From the NCBI RefSeq assembly GCF_022045235.1, contig NW_027266275.1, forward strand, positions 29,202,001-29,266,000: 64,000 nt of DNA. Reading direction: 5' to 3'. Shown piece by piece: positions 61,849-64,000 of the stretch. Origin of the DNA: Haliotis cracherodii. Taxonomy: Eukaryota. Position numbers and translations under genes: made by a program. The first letter of the stretch is position 1; each line of letters starts with the position of its first letter. The notes under the pieces are model-generated. The model had not been told where the DNA came from and did not search any database. It was given only the letters and a program-made list of their open reading frames with translations.

Positions 61849-64000
61849 CTCAAAGTTACATTTACGTTCCAATCAATAAAACATGTTGATATGTTCCCGT
61901 TATGTATGCTAAACATCTCTGATGCTAGCTATATTATTTTCAAAAAGATATACAGAACACAAACGCTTTGACTGCTGAATGAACACGTGTAATGAATTTA
62001 CATTCAATTATAACAAATGTTATATTTGGGATATTCATACATTGTGTATTCACACATTCAATTAGTTATATAAGGAGTATTAATCAACCAAATTAGTATA
62101 TCTACTCTCGTGAGATGGAAAGGGAAATATATATTTTAATCTCCGATTGATATCTTATTCGCGCATGCGCGAGTACCCAAGGTGTATCATAAGAAATCAA
62201 AACATTTCAACAAAACGAAATACATTTGACAAAGGATATTGAACCAGTTCCGCGAGATTATTCATGGAACAACATATTATCCGACCTTACACGGTTCCCA
62301 TCAGCTCGTTCCCCAAGGTTCCTTGCCGTATTTGCAAATATAAATAATTCAGAAGATTTTAATATGACGTTATTTGCTTGAGTCTGACTGGTGCACGTCG
62401 AGCCTTGAGTCGCGGGCCAGTCGGTGTGTATTCATTACTGTGATAGCCTGAGTGTGTCGCGGCCATAGCCAACGCGCAATCAGTTAGGCCTCTCCATTCA
62501 TTGCCTCAAATACAAATCAGTACAGTCAGGAAAGGGGTTTAGAATGTTAATGAAAGCTACGCTATTCATTCCCTACTTTTCCTCAATGCGACGTGTGCAA
62601 ATCCCTTAGGAAATGGCGATCAAAAGCCGGAGTGCAAATCTATCGACATCAAGGCATTCACTTTTAATCCTCTGGATTATTCATATAAAATTTCGAGGAA
62701 ATGTCATAAATGTTTTATACTTCGCGCATGTGTAAATTGTGTTTTATGATGATTATCAAAGCTGTAATGACAGCGGTTCCGACTTGCATCCGACATTGGT
62801 CAATTGGCGCGTATATGCACGTGTCTCCTAACGACCTAGAGAGAAAACGCCAAAGCTGACCTTTAACCGCAGTTGGATTTAGACCAAGGGAGATAATGCG
62901 CGACCATATGACAGCCAGTTTCTCTACTGGGAAGGCCGGCTGTGCAGTTAACGTTGTGCTCAACTAAATACGACGTTATGTTTATTTCAGTCATGTTTCA
63001 AATGGCCACATGTGATGGTGAGTTCTATTCTATCGGATGCGAAAAGACGGCCTAGCTTGTTCTATAGGGGTATGTCCAGGGTTCAGAGACTAGCTCCCTC
63101 AAGTTTACATCTTGTGCTTGCCAGATGAAGCTGAAGGAACCTCATAGGGCCATGGGAGATTGCTTTCATCCCATCTGTTGTTTATCTTAAAAAAAAGGTT
63201 TGCGAAGAAGGACTTCGTTGAGTTCCGGCTTAAGTGTAGTTTGTCACACAGACCCTGAAACAAATATATCCAATACAGCCCATGCAAGTCTGGAATGTTT
63301 GGCAAGTCAAGATTACTGTAGTATCTGGAAATGAATGAAGTCTCTGGGCTTTTTTTATTATATTTTATAATTATAATTTTAAAACTGCTTTTTTTTCTGT
63401 AAAATATGTTCATTTCAGAGACTAGATGTAAGTCTAGCTTAAGTGTTACGTTTTTTCTAATATGGAGGGTTAACCAGTGTGTCCAGAACCAGAGCACTAA
63501 AACTGTTGTTTTGAATTTTTTAATTAAAAAAAAGTTCATAATATGGATATTTTTTGTAAATGTATATGTTGTAGGACAAGAATCACAGATGAGGGACTAC
63601 TGCTGTGTGGGTTAGACGTAGTAGACGTCGCTGGTGGATGCGCTGTCACTGCAGGCCATGGCGGTGACGTGGACAATCGACAAGAAATGGTTCCCACACC
63701 AAGAGATTCACAAGAATAAACGGCCCATGTGACCGTCATGACATTCCTGTCACCTGCTTGACGAGCTATATATTAGCCAAGTCAGCATTAAATTTAAGTT
63801 ATTTTTTTCTATAAAAAAATAGTAAGTGAATTTCATGAAATCGATAGGCTATAGCAATCCGTGACATGTCAACTTGAAGCAAGAGTTGTAGGTGTGAGAA
63901 ATGATGGGAATAAAAAATCTGACAAACAAATAAGTAATTACAGTTTGCTATCCCATTCAAACTGAGATGCGCCAAAATTCTAGAAGCTTTCCGAAGAATG

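Noticed and set aside
63105-63539. 144-aa ORF near the window end
   Set aside because: AT-rich low-complexity translation with no recognisable domain

Overview
Repeat-rich eukaryotic genomic DNA, almost certainly molluscan (the SINE families tentatively suggest a gastropod such as abalone). Genes: (1) an intronless-CDS Toll-like receptor (+, 10035-12683); (2) a four-copy head-to-tail tandem array (~2.7-3.0 kb unit, 18.2-30.5 kb, - strand) of a two-exon CAMK-like protein kinase fold whose catalytic motifs are degenerate (HQDITPSH, NFG, no APE), i.e. a predicted pseudokinase. Each copy has a 10-nt first coding exon missed by the ORF track, four CRE-type sites at exact 16-bp spacing upstream, and a 44-bp VNTR; (3) a GT10 alpha-1,3-fucosyltransferase (-, main exon 45806-47102) with two candidate alternative first coding exons. 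The rest is a decayed I/Nimb-type LINE with RNase H, four SINE-like families (one with no tRNA head, a fixed 5' end and a predicted pseudoknotted 5' module), hAT and MULE-like MITEs with perfect TSDs, a Helentron/HINE-like element, a Penelope-type hammerhead remnant, RT fragments, several minisatellites and two assembly gaps. The best candidate for an undescribed system is the amplified pseudokinase cassette next to the TLR; the headless structured SINE is second.
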